A DNA stretch of 64,000 bases from Hamiltosporidium tvaerminnensis FI-OER-3-3 (lineage: Eukaryota > Fungi > Microsporidia), in NCBI GenBank assembly GCA_022605425.2, contig CM061250.1, forward strand, positions 1,054,001 through 1,118,000, read 5' to 3'. Under the pieces are notes generated by a model, which saw only the letters and a list, made by a program, of their open reading frames with translations, was not told the origin of the DNA and made no database searches. A program made the translations under genes and the position numbers. Every line of letters begins with the position of its first letter. The stretch's first letter is position 1. Below, piece by piece: positions 50,631 through 64,000 of the stretch.

Positions 50631-52164
50631 TTAGAAGAAAAACATTCTTTTTAGACTCTTTTTAGGCCGAGTATTTTCATGTTTGAAAATGTATATAAGA
50701 TAGTCGGTTTTTACTTGATCTGAATTTCCAGGCCTTTTATTTTGATTTCCTTCCGATTTTTTATTTATTTCAGTGTTTAAGAATTTTTTAAATTCATCAT
50801 TAGAAAAAAGATCAACAAGAACAAAAATTTCCAACAAAATTGATGATCTGGGTACTTTACTCTCGTCTAGAAAACCTGTGTCTGTGTTGATAGCATATTT
50901 CATATTTTGAATACCAATCGCTTTTTTCATAGCATCAATATATGCGTTTCTATATCTCTGTATTTCTTTTACATTAACAGTTTTTTCGGATTCAATTTTC
51001 AAAACTTTAGCAAGAAATATAAATTCCATAATGATTCTAATGGCTTTATTTTGTTCTAAAATTCCATCCTTGAGGCAAAAAGCCTTTAAACATATTATGG
51101 CTGAAATATACTTATGATATTCCTGCTTAGTTTTTTCTATCAAAAAGTCATATAAAACATTAATTCGATTCACATCGGCTTCCTGACAAAATAATTCTAT
51201 GAATACACCAGGAAACCTCGAAACCTTTGGATCCGAGTATGATGTAATCCTATTTCTAAGGAAGTCAAAAATTGTATTCAATTCACTTTGATTTTTTAAA
51301 ACATCTTTAAAAATTGGTTTTGAAATGTATTCTAGTATTTTTAAACGTTTATCATGATCGAAATCGTTAATAACCTCTATCAAAATGTTTATCGCTGTTT
51401 TAGTTGAATTTTGAAAACTTTCATCAACATTTATATCAGTGACACTAGATCCAACTGTGCTTCCTAAAACGATATTAAAATTCTTTGCAAAAAAATCTGA
51501 CTTTAAGACTGAAAAAAATACAAAAAAATATTCAAATGTTGCATTAGATAATTCATTGCCAAGTTTATGAAAAATACTATCATTTTTTTTACTACATGTT
51601 AATCTCGGTTTTTCGTTATACCATACTATTCAAAATATTCTTCGGATCAATAAAACGTTCTATCGCTTTTCGCACGTTTTTATTTTTCGAAAAATCAAAA
51701 TTTTCTTTCAATCGAAATATTTTAAACAAACAAAAAATTAACGACTCTTTCACTAACGATCCAATTTCAACATCTGAAATGTATATTTCGATAAATTTTC
51801 CAAAAGAAATTAGATTAAAAAGGAGTTCTGGTCTATATTTTTTAAGACTTTCACTACCAACATTATTATATACGATATAACAAATTATAGTTGTAAAACG
51901 TAATAAAAATTGATGAGAGCTTTCATTAGTATATTTTTTTATTTCATCATAATAAAAGCTTGCAAGTTCAGCGATTTTTACATATTCTTTAATTCCATAA
52001 ACTCCATTTATTTTCATAATATGTTCAAAAATATCACTGTTATGAGAATAACCAGAAGGGATTTCCAAATACATATTTCCTTTAGTTGTCGGATCTTCTA
52101 AAATATCGATGTAATTATAATCTGATTCAATGCTCGCCAAACAAATAAAAATGTAAAAAAACAT
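50631..52164 (-). pseudogene. ~510-aa putatively secreted protein split by one frameshift (joins ORFs 51616..52164 and 50631..51383)
   Basis: Signal-like MFFYIFICLAS with CCC right before the ATG. The downstream frame is open continuously from ~51630 (..YNEKPRLTCSKKNDSIFHKLGNEL..) to 50631. Confidence 0.65.
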
Positions 52165-55100
52165 GGGATTGTAATTTTTCTGAAATATATATCATATAAT
52201 TTACCCAAAAAGGTCGATTATTTTTTTCGAAATATTCATTTGCTCGATTAAATAATTTGATTTTTTTAAGTAATTTATGATTCTTTTATTGGTTATTGAT
52301 AAATTTGATAATTTTAGAATTTTTATCATGAGAATTTTGATATCTTTTATTTTCAATCAAGTTATAGAATCCAATTATGTTAAGATATATAATTTATATT
52401 ATTTCTATGATTGTAAAAAAAATTAAATAATAAAGTATTTTTTCTAGCATCTAAAGAATCTATACATTCTTGAATAAATTCTCGAATACAAAATTAATTG
52501 GTCATAATATTTTGGTGTATTTGAGAATTATATTAGACATTCAATTACTAATTTAATTAATAAATAGATAAATTTTTGAAGAGAAAGGATTAAAATTTAA
52601 TTTTTAACGACATTGTTTTATTACTATTTTTATGCAAATTTTTTCTTCATGAAAAGAATTTTCTTTTGAAAAAGTAAAAACAGAAATACTTAAAATATTT
52701 ATTCAAAAAAAAAATCATATGATATTCCGTTATTGAATCATTTGATCAATTAATCAGAAAATGCGGAAAATAATTAGATTTAAATCTAATTTTTGATCAT
52801 TATAAAAATTTCGAATCAAATTTTTATTTTCTATCCTTCCAAAATGATATAATTGATTGTTTTTTACAAAGTGATTTAAAAATCAAAAATGGCAAATTTT
52901 TTTTAATCATCATGAAATTTTCAATCAATGTTTTATTTTCCATATTTTCAAGTAAATATCGTTTATATAATTCAGTAATGTCCCGATGACGACGAAGACT
53001 CACTTCGAAATGTTTATTGGTTAACGTAAAATAAGACACCAATAAGAATGCTCTGATTAAGATATGTCTCTTTCTATTTGTTCATAAAATCTATACAACC
53101 AATAATGGTGAGTAGAAGTGAACATAAAACAATGAAAAGATTCTGTTGGTTCAAAAAAATTTTGAATATAAATTGTAAATTTTCTTCAAGTTAAACAATT
53201 TACCAAGAATAACATAATTAAATTTGTTTTTTCTAACGTTTTCATTTTTAAAGAAGATAAGAATTAATTTTTTCTGATTTCTTTTCTAAAAATTTACAGT
53301 TGCATAAAAAATTTTATGAAACAAATGATGTTTTTTTGCCGTTCTTCCATGCAATTTATTTATATTTTCAATAATAAGTGCATAAACAAATATTGCTTTG
53401 ATATCTTCATAGAACTTTTTATTTGATTAAATCAAAAGATTCATAATAAAAATGACTATGAATTTATACAAAAAATATATTAACCAAAACAGCATATCGT
53501 TAAACGGCAAGTTTTCTGAGCTAAATATAGCACTTCACAATAATAAATTTTTTCGAGAAAAGCACAGAATTGAATGAAAATAGGTGGAAAGTGAACAGGC
53601 ATAATATTAAAGCCGATCTGAAGTTTTGAAAAATTGGTAGTAAATAAAATAGAAAGAGGAGAATATACTAACTAAAAAATATCCTAAATTTTATTGAGAA
53701 TTGCTTAAGAGCGGCAAATAAGCAAAAAACGAAGGACATAAAATATAAGAAAAACAGACTAGGTGAGAGTTAAAATTTTTATTGAGATGATTGGGAAATT
53801 ATGGCTCAAATAACGAACACCAAGAATAATTTCGGCATTCATACTTATGAATGTAAAGGAAAGTTCGTTTCTACGAGCTTAACGTCTAGAGATTTATTGT
53901 TTTTTTTACAAATATTCAAATTTTAAATTTTTGAATTCCGTTTTTTTCTTTTAGAGATATATGTTAATGCATTGAAAATGTCTTATTAAAATATTTTTCT
54001 TCCATTTTTTAATATTTTGTTAGACATGTTAAAATATATAAATTTTTTTCACTTAAAGGTTTTTAGACATAGACTTGGGCGATAGCTACGAAATAAAACT
54101 CTAATGTTTGAAATAGTTATTTTTAGCTGATATTCTGAAAATAAAATACTATTGTAATTACGCAAATAGATTAAACATAAAAATGTGGTCCAAAAATCTT
54201 TTTTGATGATGCCATCTTGAAAATATTTAAGACACAAGTGTAATATACCCAATGTTTATTTTACACTTACATTTAAATCATATTATTGTATTAGTATGAA
54301 GAGAGGTATAAGAATATTCTTTATAGTTAAAAATGATGCTAATACTTGTAAAAATATAATTTCATATCCCAATTTTTTATGATGAAATATTCTTACTACT
54401 TGGAAAATCAGCTCCAAGAAATAGTTAATTGTTTACAGCTAAATCTTAAAATTTCTCATTTTTTGAATCTAGTGAAGTTATTTTGACCGCAATTTTTCTA
54501 TAATATAATTAAGAAAAAATAGTTTTATTCTAAAAGAAAACAAGTCAATCAAAGAGCCTCACCTCATCCATATATCATAAAGGACAGTTAGGTTTTTTAC
54601 ATGTTTACAAGAAATAGATCGAGATAGTTGATAAGAATAAAGTATTGTGATGAATAGTTAATAAAAGCTATTAGTTTTAAAAAGTTCAATCTTAATCACA
54701 GTACATTATTTTATCTTTTTTTATCTTTATGATATATATCTTCATCTCGAGTATTTTCAAATAGGCACTTGCGTCCTATATTTGGGCTCTTTGCCTTATA
54801 ATCATTGTAATTAAATTGAATGATATTGGTTGACCTCTCTACCAATATATTATAAGTGAATGAATTTACTTATTTAGGCAAGTCCGACTTTAAACAAGAT
54901 CGGATGAGTTCTTTAGCAACACCCTTAAGATCATAGTTGTAACACATGTAAATAACCTTACACATACACTTTTTTAATCAAATCAGCTTAGGTAGTTCAA
55001 GATATAAATTAATTCAGCTGCGAATTTTCTAGTAAATGTATCAGTTGATTGTGACACAGGTTTATATGGCTTCTACACTAAGGATAATCTTTATAAAAAT

Positions 55101-58100
55101 AAGGAAGAATCAGTAGATTCTTAATAAGATAGTTCGAATTCCCTTGTAGAAGATACAAAAACATTAAAAACTCATTTCTATTTATAGTTTTGGTGATATT
55201 TCACAACCTTATTGTCTTTCTTTTTATATTTTAAGGCAATAAATAAAATTTCGATAGGATAATCATAAATCAACAAACACTATCATAAAAATTTTAGTTT
55301 TTGAATAATAATATAGAACTGACTATATAAAATTAATATTCCTTATTTAGCCTTCTTATGTAATATCCTCTGATAAATATATCTAGATATAAAAATGTTA
55401 TCAATATCTCCCAATTCAGGTTAATAAAGGTGTTTCTTAATTTTTAAAGATTTTTTAATCGCTAGAAAGCTCTGTTAAAAAAATATATATTAAAAATGAG
55501 GTATAAAATTAAGTTTATACTGAACTATAAATTTATTAAAGATTCATTCTATCTTTATACCAAATTAAACTCTTATTTCAAATATTTTGTCATTGAATTA
55601 TTGTTTGTGAAATCCGATTTGGTCCAAAGAAAATTAAAGATCTAGGAAATCTAAAATAATAGAGATAACTATACCTTTTAAAAAATAATTGTAGCGATTG
55701 TATTTTAAACGTTAGATAAATTAAGAACATTAAAATTAATAAATAATAATGCAAAATCATCCATTGAAATTTAGTTTTAATATAAAAACAGGCTAGTAAG
55801 AACAAATTTATTACTTCAAGAAATTTTAAAATAATAAATTTTATTTAAATTTGATTCTTTAGTTCTTCACAATAAAATATGTACAAGTATAAAAATTTAA
55901 GTTGGTTACGCCTGACTAAAGAATAAAAACAAACTATGTCTGTATATGGATAAAGTAGAAATAATCAAATCATAGAATCTACAGATATAGATTTTTTGCA
56001 TATGAATAAAAAATTAAATACCGTATAAATTTAAAACTAAAATTCAATCAAATTTATTTCAAGAAAGGCAATAATATTACTTTTCTGATTTATTCTCTTA
56101 AAAGTAGTATACATAATATTTAACCATCTTTTCACATGTATATCTTTCTTTTACATATCTTTTTTTTTCGTTTTGAGTAAAACAAACAATACAAATATAA
56201 AAATGTTTGGCAGTTGATATAAATTAGAGAAAAGTAAATCGTATACGGTTATATAAAAATCTAGAGTTACGTATGAATGCTTTAAACAATTAATGGTTCT
56301 ATCAACATGCTCAAGACTTTGCGGAACGATCTCACAAAATTTAATACGGCTATATTTAGGCTTAACACAAGGTATTCTGACCAAAATTACAAGATCTTAT
56401 TTTTAGATTAAAGTTAGGGTTTTAATACTCTAAATGTTTAAAATAACCATAAAAAACAGCTAATGCATTGCACTCAAAAACTTCCAATTATGGTAAATTT
56501 TACAAGTTTTTTGGACTTAACACCTTAAAACCAATAAAAAGTGATTAAACCTAACTATAATTTTATATAAACCATTTTTAATGAAATCCTAAATTTTAAG
56601 ATAAATGAATATAAATCTAACATAAATTTATCAAAAAGATAAAATTATACATTTTTTAAAAACAGGTGTTACTTTTTTCTACTAAATTTATAGATAAAAA
56701 TAACTAGAATTGTTTTATAAGTAGAAAAACAGCTTTTCAACATGCCTAGTTAACTTAGCAAATAAATAAGAAAAGAATAATCGGAAAACAGTTTAAACAA
56801 ATAAAAAAAGTAGATTCGAATAAGAAAAATTAGAATTTATTAGAAGTGAAAAGATATAAACAAATGAAATTTTAATGAAACAAACTAAACATAAGAACCA
56901 TTCTGTAGTTAGAAAATATAACTAAAAAAAATTATAAACTAAAAGATTTAACTTAAAAAGCTTAAAGATGAAAAAAAGGTAAATAAAAGTCAAAATATGA
57001 TGCAAATTTTTATATTAGAGACAGATTAAAAATTTAACACATATCAATTGTATCAAATTCAAATTAAACATAAAAACGAAACAGAAATGGTTTATATCGA
57101 TGTAAAGACTATATTATTTATACCGTATAAGGGTTAATATAAAAAACCAAATAAATAAATTTGAACCATGTATTTGAAAAAAAGACTTAGATAAGATATA
57201 TATTTTTATGAAAAGGAAAGCAAACACAAAGATAGTAAATTTAAAATTACATATAGAAAATAAATACCTTATTTTGAAGTATGTCATTATAATTTTACTG
57301 CTAATATGCAAAACAACTGAACTTACCTTAACATATCAGAATTAATACTGAAGAATAGACAGAGTATTTGAGAAAATGGATAAAAAAAACTTACTTAAGA
57401 TGTATCTTTAAAAAGATTTATTTGGCCAAAGTAAAAGTATTCTACATAATATAAATTAATTGAAATTTAAATTTCTAATTTTAGATAGAATTTTTGTGCA
57501 ATATAAAAACGAAAAGTCACATTTGGTTTGAATATATATATCAAATACCAACTCCTTTAAAATAGTAAAAGCCAAATTAGATAAAAAAATAAACTGTAAT
57601 ATGAATATTAATTTCGAAAAGTTTTTTTGTAAATTTTGAACGTATAATTTTGTAAGTATGATATAGAAAGCTAAAAAGATTGAAATTCAGACCACAGAAG
57701 TATAAGAGAACATAAGAGGTTCAAATTACAAAAGAGCCCAGTGTTCTAAAGCTGTGTTTCTAAAAAACATAACTGTTATTTTAAACGTAAAAGATTATGA
57801 ATCTTCTTAATCAGAATCAGGCTTTCAAAAGCAATTTTAATTACATAAAAAATAAAAAATATATATTAAGTCGAATAAAGACTTAAGAAAACCAACAGGT
57901 GTTTAAAATACAGAAAATCGCAATAAAAGAAACATATATAATTGATTATCAGTTAAGCATAAAATATATTTTAAACTATCCCATATTTTTGTAACTATAG
58001 CATGCATTATTAGCCAAATAAAATGTAACAGGTTTAAAATTTAACCTAAGTGACTGCTTCTCGTACTCTTATCGGTAATTTAATTGTTCTTAGATCAAAA

Positions 58101-58214
58101 GAATTACCACGTAAAACGCGTAGAACAACTTATTTCTTTCCAAATGCAGTCTGGAAATATTTGTTGCTGTCCCTTGAATAAAATTTGATCGTCAGTCAAA
58201 TGCTATCCTATGTA

Positions 58215-58365
58215 TCTCTAAGACCATGCCGATTTCCAACTTACTTTAGAATTACCACTCTTATTTAACTACATCTAAGATATAGCCCAGCGAATTACAT
58301 GGGTTCTACCGAGACTAACATTTTCATACGGTAGGTATAACCTGCATCTTAGGTTCCTCAACTTT
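58215..58365 (-). repeat. Diverged inverted copy of the dispersed element (~39320-39470)
   Basis: ttacatgggttctaccgagac...tcatac...aggtataacctgc vs the reverse complement ttacatggggtccacctagac...tcatac...aggtataacctgc; aagaccatgccgatttccaacttact vs aagactatgcagcattcccacttact. Confidence 0.65.
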
Positions 58366-61300
58366 AAAAATTTTGAATTGTGTTTTTCCAAGTGCTAAGT
58401 CCTAAATTCGAGCGAATAAAAGTGAAGATTTCCTTGCGAAAAACTAAAAACTAAGTTGCAGTTATAAATCTAGTTACATTAAAAAAAATATAAGTAGATT
58501 TGAAAAAGTTTTGCATTTCGAAATCCTTTACATCTTAAAACAACCAACTATCAAATAACATAATATTTTATGCCGATCTATCTCAACCTTAAAACCAAAA
58601 AATTTTTGTACAACTAAATTTTAAATATTTATTTTCAAGCAAAAGTATTTATTTTGGTTATTTCCCTAACCATTTTTTGCAAAATACTTTTTGAATTTCG
58701 CAAGCATCGCATTGTTATAATATTTATTCAAATTTTTTTTATCTGGACATATGTCAACCTATCATCATATGTTTGTGTCATAATCGTATTGTTTACAGTG
58801 AATTTTCATTTTTTTTGTATACTTAGTTTACCTTTACAAAATCATCTACTTAATTCAAATTTCCATACATTATTGCTGAACGTAGAGTTTGAAGTATTTA
58901 ATTAATATGACTGTATTATACACTTAAAAAACAATCTATTAACCTTTAATGATAAAAAAGTCTTAGATATTTAAATTCATACCAGAAATTAAAAACAAAA
59001 ATTAATATTATGCCGAGTATTTTATATAGTTTCTAAATGTTCTAAACCGAATATAAAAATATAAAAGCTTTTAATAACTTAAAATTAATTTAAATATTCT
59101 GAACTAAAATATTTTCTCGATCTTTGAATATCTATTTGTCTACTTAAGAAATAAAGTTTTCTTTCCATATGTTTCTGTTAAACTTAAAACATATAACTTT
59201 TTAATGTATAATTCTGTTAGAGGAATAACATAGTACATTTCATATGAAAAATTATTACATAAAATACAGATCCAAATAAGACCATAATCTCTTACATACA
59301 GCAAAATATAAAAGATGTATTTCTAGAGAATATTTTACAACATAATCACACTAAGTATTTTGTCATTCTATTTAATAATGGTTTTTCGCTATAAAAGAAA
59401 ATTTACGTCTAAGATATAAATTAAAAAAATTAAGAAAAAAATTTTCTTCTATTTTAAAGACCTCTTACAATACAAATGGATTTTTAGAAGTTAATTATTT
59501 AGTGAATTTTTAAATTTGCCAATGTTAAAAAAACAATGGGATTTATCATTTATGGAAAGCAGATGTATTGAAATTACATTTCTGTAATTTTCTTTATTGT
59601 AGAAACAATAAGAAAAGATAAATGTTATAAGCTTTAGAATTATATTTAAAATATTAGGATTTTTATTGCTATTGCATTACGTCTGCATAAAACTAATTTT
59701 TTTTTTAAAGATCGCTATATTTTTTTTTGAAAATTTTACTCTCTATGATTTGAATCTTAACGGATCTTCCTTTAAAGAAAAATTAAATTAAAAGTGAGGT
59801 GGAGAAGTACAAAAAAGAAAGATGTAAGAATGAAAAAATTAAAATATAAGCAAGAATATATTACAAGGAAGAAATTATGTTGAAACTATCGTAGTATCAA
59901 CATAGATTATAAGGTATAGGTGTTCAGATATGATTTAAACACATGTAGATAATTGGCATTGGGCGCCTAATGATTTTAAACAATGATTGAAGGCTCGATC
60001 TGAAAACACAATAACATGAGGTGTATTCTGTAAGGCATCACAATAGTTACTTGCACCAATGATTTTTAGCTATCTCAGAAACTATATTATTAATGTATTT
60101 GGTTTATAAAATAGTGCAAAGTTTGTTATATTACCAACAAAGAAAATTTTTACACACAAGAGGACAGAGAGAAGGCTTCAACAGTAATTTAAAGCATTCT
60201 TATAGAATATCACCTGATAGATCTGTTTTATGATACTTGTATAAGATGGTTGATATTTGGTGCGAAAGATTCAATTGTGAAGTATAAATCAATCTGAAAA
60301 TTCCAAATTATCTAAATTGGCTTTAAAATACTTGATTATAAATTTTCGAGTAAGAACAAAAAAGATCAATGGTCATATGGCTCACAAGTTAATAAAATGC
60401 TTTAAAAAAAATTTGTTTTTACTAAAGTAATTCTAAGTGATTCCTTTAAAAACGGAAACATAGAAAAACTGTCTTTGCATGACATTAAAAATTTTATTTT
60501 TAATTTTTAATAACAAATTAAGACTTTGAAGTAACATGTGTATAATAAGTAAAAAACATTCATAAAAAATAAGAAAATCCGAAGAAAAAACTTAGTTTAA
60601 TTGGTTGTAGAATAATCGCATAAAGATCTTCTTCTCATTAAATTTAGTTTTACTACGCCTTTAGCACTTAATATTTATTTGCTCATAAATTTTTTAGCAA
60701 GATACGTGTTAAGGAAATTTTGACATCTCATTTTATTTTCAAAAGTTTTATAAAAAGTAGTTCTTTTCTTTAAGCATTGGTAACTTTGCAGAACATATCA
60801 TTTTTTGTAAAACTTATTTTTGACAATTTATTCATCTGTAAAAAAATTAGAGCAAAAAAACCAATATTTTTAAATTCTTTTGTAGATTTCAATTTTTCTT
60901 TTATATGATAAAGTTTTATTGTAAATTTTTTATGAATTATTTAGGTATAATGTTTTACTATTCGCTTTATCCATTGTGACTGTAGTAGGAAATCTAAAGA
61001 GAATAGCTAAGTACTTAAAATTATCCAGTAAAAGAATAGTGTCTAAGGTTCATAATTTTATAATTTATTATTAATAAAATAATTTTCATTTAAATTTAAA
61101 AATTATAAGTCGTTAGTTTGATAATAAACTATCCTATTCTTTAATAAATGAGACTTTTTATAAAAAATTTCAAATTTGATATATCTAGGATTTTTTTCAT
61201 TATTTTAGCAAGATATGGAACAATTTAAATTATGTTGTATCCTTATAAGAACTGGAAATTTATCATTTGCGTGATTTATAGCTATATATAGATATATTTG

Positions 61301-64000
61301 ATGTAAACAAATCCAACAAAAACTTTGAGCCAAAACTAATAATACTTGAAAATTTTAAAATAAATCTACATAAAACCTTTTACACAAACTTTTATAACAG
61401 AAATCTACACAGCCTTAAGTTAATTAAACGATTCTCATTTATAAATTACTATTCACAGTGTCTACCCTTCAACATTTTACCGACATTTGAAGTTTCTAAA
61501 TAATTAAAAAAATCTATCGTGACCTATGAAAATCTTAATAGAAGTAGAAAATTTATAAACTTAGACTAAAAATACCTATAAAAGAACGTGAGATATAAAA
61601 GAACTTGTGTAATATGCATCACAATGTTTCATTTGAAAACCGATATTTAAGATATATGCAAAGGTATGCTTTGTTATACAATATAATGAATTTACTTGTA
61701 TGCATCTTAATATATCTTCCTAGATAATACAATACGAAAGTAGCTATCTTTCAGTTTCACAAGCATTGGATGATTTCCAATATGATGAATGTCCTATTGT
61801 CTACAGATACACAGTATATAGATAATGCGCAATACATAATAAAAGCATTTAAATCCTTCATTTGCTTTTTAAAGATAAATTCGACGTATATGAATATAAT
61901 TTTAAAAAATAAAGTTCGTTTTTAAAAGCTAAGGTAATAAATTTTACTTTAATTGTATACCTGAGCTCTCGTTGAAAGGTAAAATTTAATTTTTTCTAAA
62001 ACCATTCAATAAAAACCAGAAAACTATTGGAACTAAAAATATTTTAGAAAAAATTAGATTTATGGTTTCTTCGTATTAAGCTTTGATATTTGAAATGTAT
62101 AGATGGAATCTTATGCAAGTTATAGTTTTTTTATATTACTTCTGGTTTGCATAGCCTTATGGCTCAAATAATTATGTTTTTTTATTGGAGCGAATATACT
62201 TTTAAAAATATAATACTACATATGCTTTAATTTATTTCTTTTCTTTATTTTTCAAATAAATATTCAAAGGAATGAATAAAATAGTCAAGGATTGTGTATT
62301 CTTACCTTAGAAATCTTGATTCTATTTTATAGTGAGTTTTACGTGTATTAATTATAGTATTACTAATATACAACTTTAAACCTACTTTTAAGTAATAAAT
62401 TTTTATAAGACATTGAATTATGATACGTTGGAAAATTACCGTAATAGTTTTTTACTTTATTAAAATTTAAAAAATCTAAAAATAAATGAAAAATATTCTC
62501 AAAAAGTAATGAAAACATTTATTTCCACAGAAAATTCTAAAAAACTTATTTAAATAAAAAATGATTTCAAATATGCAATTGCTAATACTTATACTAGTTA
62601 AACAATAGGTTTTTTAAAATTCTTGCAAATATATATTTAAAATTGATAAAGTAAATTTTTAAAACCGAAGAATGTGTCACAAATTATTTTAATATACACA
62701 ATTGTTTTTAAAAGAAGAACTTCAATAAAAAAATTTTCTTCTTTATTTCTTGCAAATTACTTTAAATTTTCATAAGTTTACGATGATGCTGAATTATGAT
62801 GTTTAAAAAATATCTAGAATAGACATCAAAAAGAAAAAAAGATAAAATTTACTAAGATTAGATTTGAAACAGCTTAAAACAAATATAATGTATCTCGACC
62901 ATTATTTTTTTAGATCAGTTTTTTTTTATGCTGAGTAAATAAAATTCTGAATTTACAAATATACAAATTCAAATTTGATTTTTATTTTGTTTTTTAGAAA
63001 AATACAATTTTAAAAAATATTTTAATTAATTAGAACATCGATTTTCAATGAGAGATTGATAAATAAAAGTATGCTTTATATAAAACGGTGAAGTTTTTGA
63101 TTGCTTTTAAAACTAGTTTTGCCTTGGATTTAAATTATAAAAAAATAAAATTTAATTCTTTGCTACGATGTATTTTAAATTCCTATTTTATTAGAAAAAA
63201 ATATCTTGTACGGATTAGTATAAAAATACTAACAAATTTAAATTACAATTAGATAATTCGAATGTTAAAATGACTAATTAGTAATTAATTAAAGTTATAT
63301 TTAGTAACTGTTAAAAATTTATATATTTTATAAAAGAAAAGAAAATATTTAAACATTTCTTAATTATACATTTTGATTTTTTTTTTATAAGAAAAATCTG
63401 AAACGTTAAAAATTTTAGGACAAAAAGAAATTTTCATTTCAAATTGTTTACAATAAATTAGTAGATATAAAAAAAGATCAAAAATGATACTTATATATCT
63501 AGAAATGAATATATAATAGAAAAAATAGAGTATTGACCAATTTATTTATGATATCTTGATAAGGTATAATAATATTTTATTCTCATCTAAGGTGCATTTT
63601 TTGCTTATTAGAAAACATTTAGAGTTAAATTTATTTATTAGCTCTAGATTTTGTAAAGAACTTAAAAATTATATAAAAAAAGTAAAAATCTGCAATGATA
63701 CCTAAATAAGTAAAGACAATATCGAAAACTCTGCAAATAAATTAAACTTATTTCAAATTGCTATATAAAGATATACACTAAGAATATTAATATAGAGAGA
63801 TACTCGGAATTTAGTAAATCTCTTTTTTGATCAATTTGTTTATTGAACAAATTTAAAGCAAAAACTCTAATAAAAATCAATTTTATAAACATAATTAATA
63901 TTCTTCAGTATATATAATAACTCATTTCGTACTAAAATATTAAATATAAAAATATTTTTTTTTGTAAATTGGTTTAATTAAATATTTACATTTTTCCCAG

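Noticed and set aside
51595-51635. Short spliceosomal intron explaining the frameshift
   Set aside because: The candidate GT-AG intervals (18, 23, 30 and 35 nt) do not restore the reading frame.

Overview
Very AT-rich, gene-sparse eukaryotic DNA with intronless genes. CCC/GGG motifs just upstream of ATGs, compact divergent core genes and the type of retroelement all point to a large-genome microsporidian (Hamiltosporidium-like; an inference). Housekeeping islands are Sec24, PRA1, Rab GGTase beta, MZT1, tRNA-Cys and an EF-hand/centrin-like gene. They are interleaved with decayed Ty3/Gypsy remnants, a decayed RLE-type non-LTR retrotransposon, a dispersed ~740-bp non-coding element and GGGTGTTA-core minisatellites. 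The most notable content is a set of candidate host-facing effectors: (i) four paralogous membrane-anchored MacroD-type macrodomain proteins (29.2-40.9 kb) whose active-site motifs range from near-canonical to degenerate; (ii) a signal-peptide-bearing bacterial-type PTP-like phytase; (iii) a three-copy family of small secreted proteins. All calls are by eye from motifs; no database search was run.
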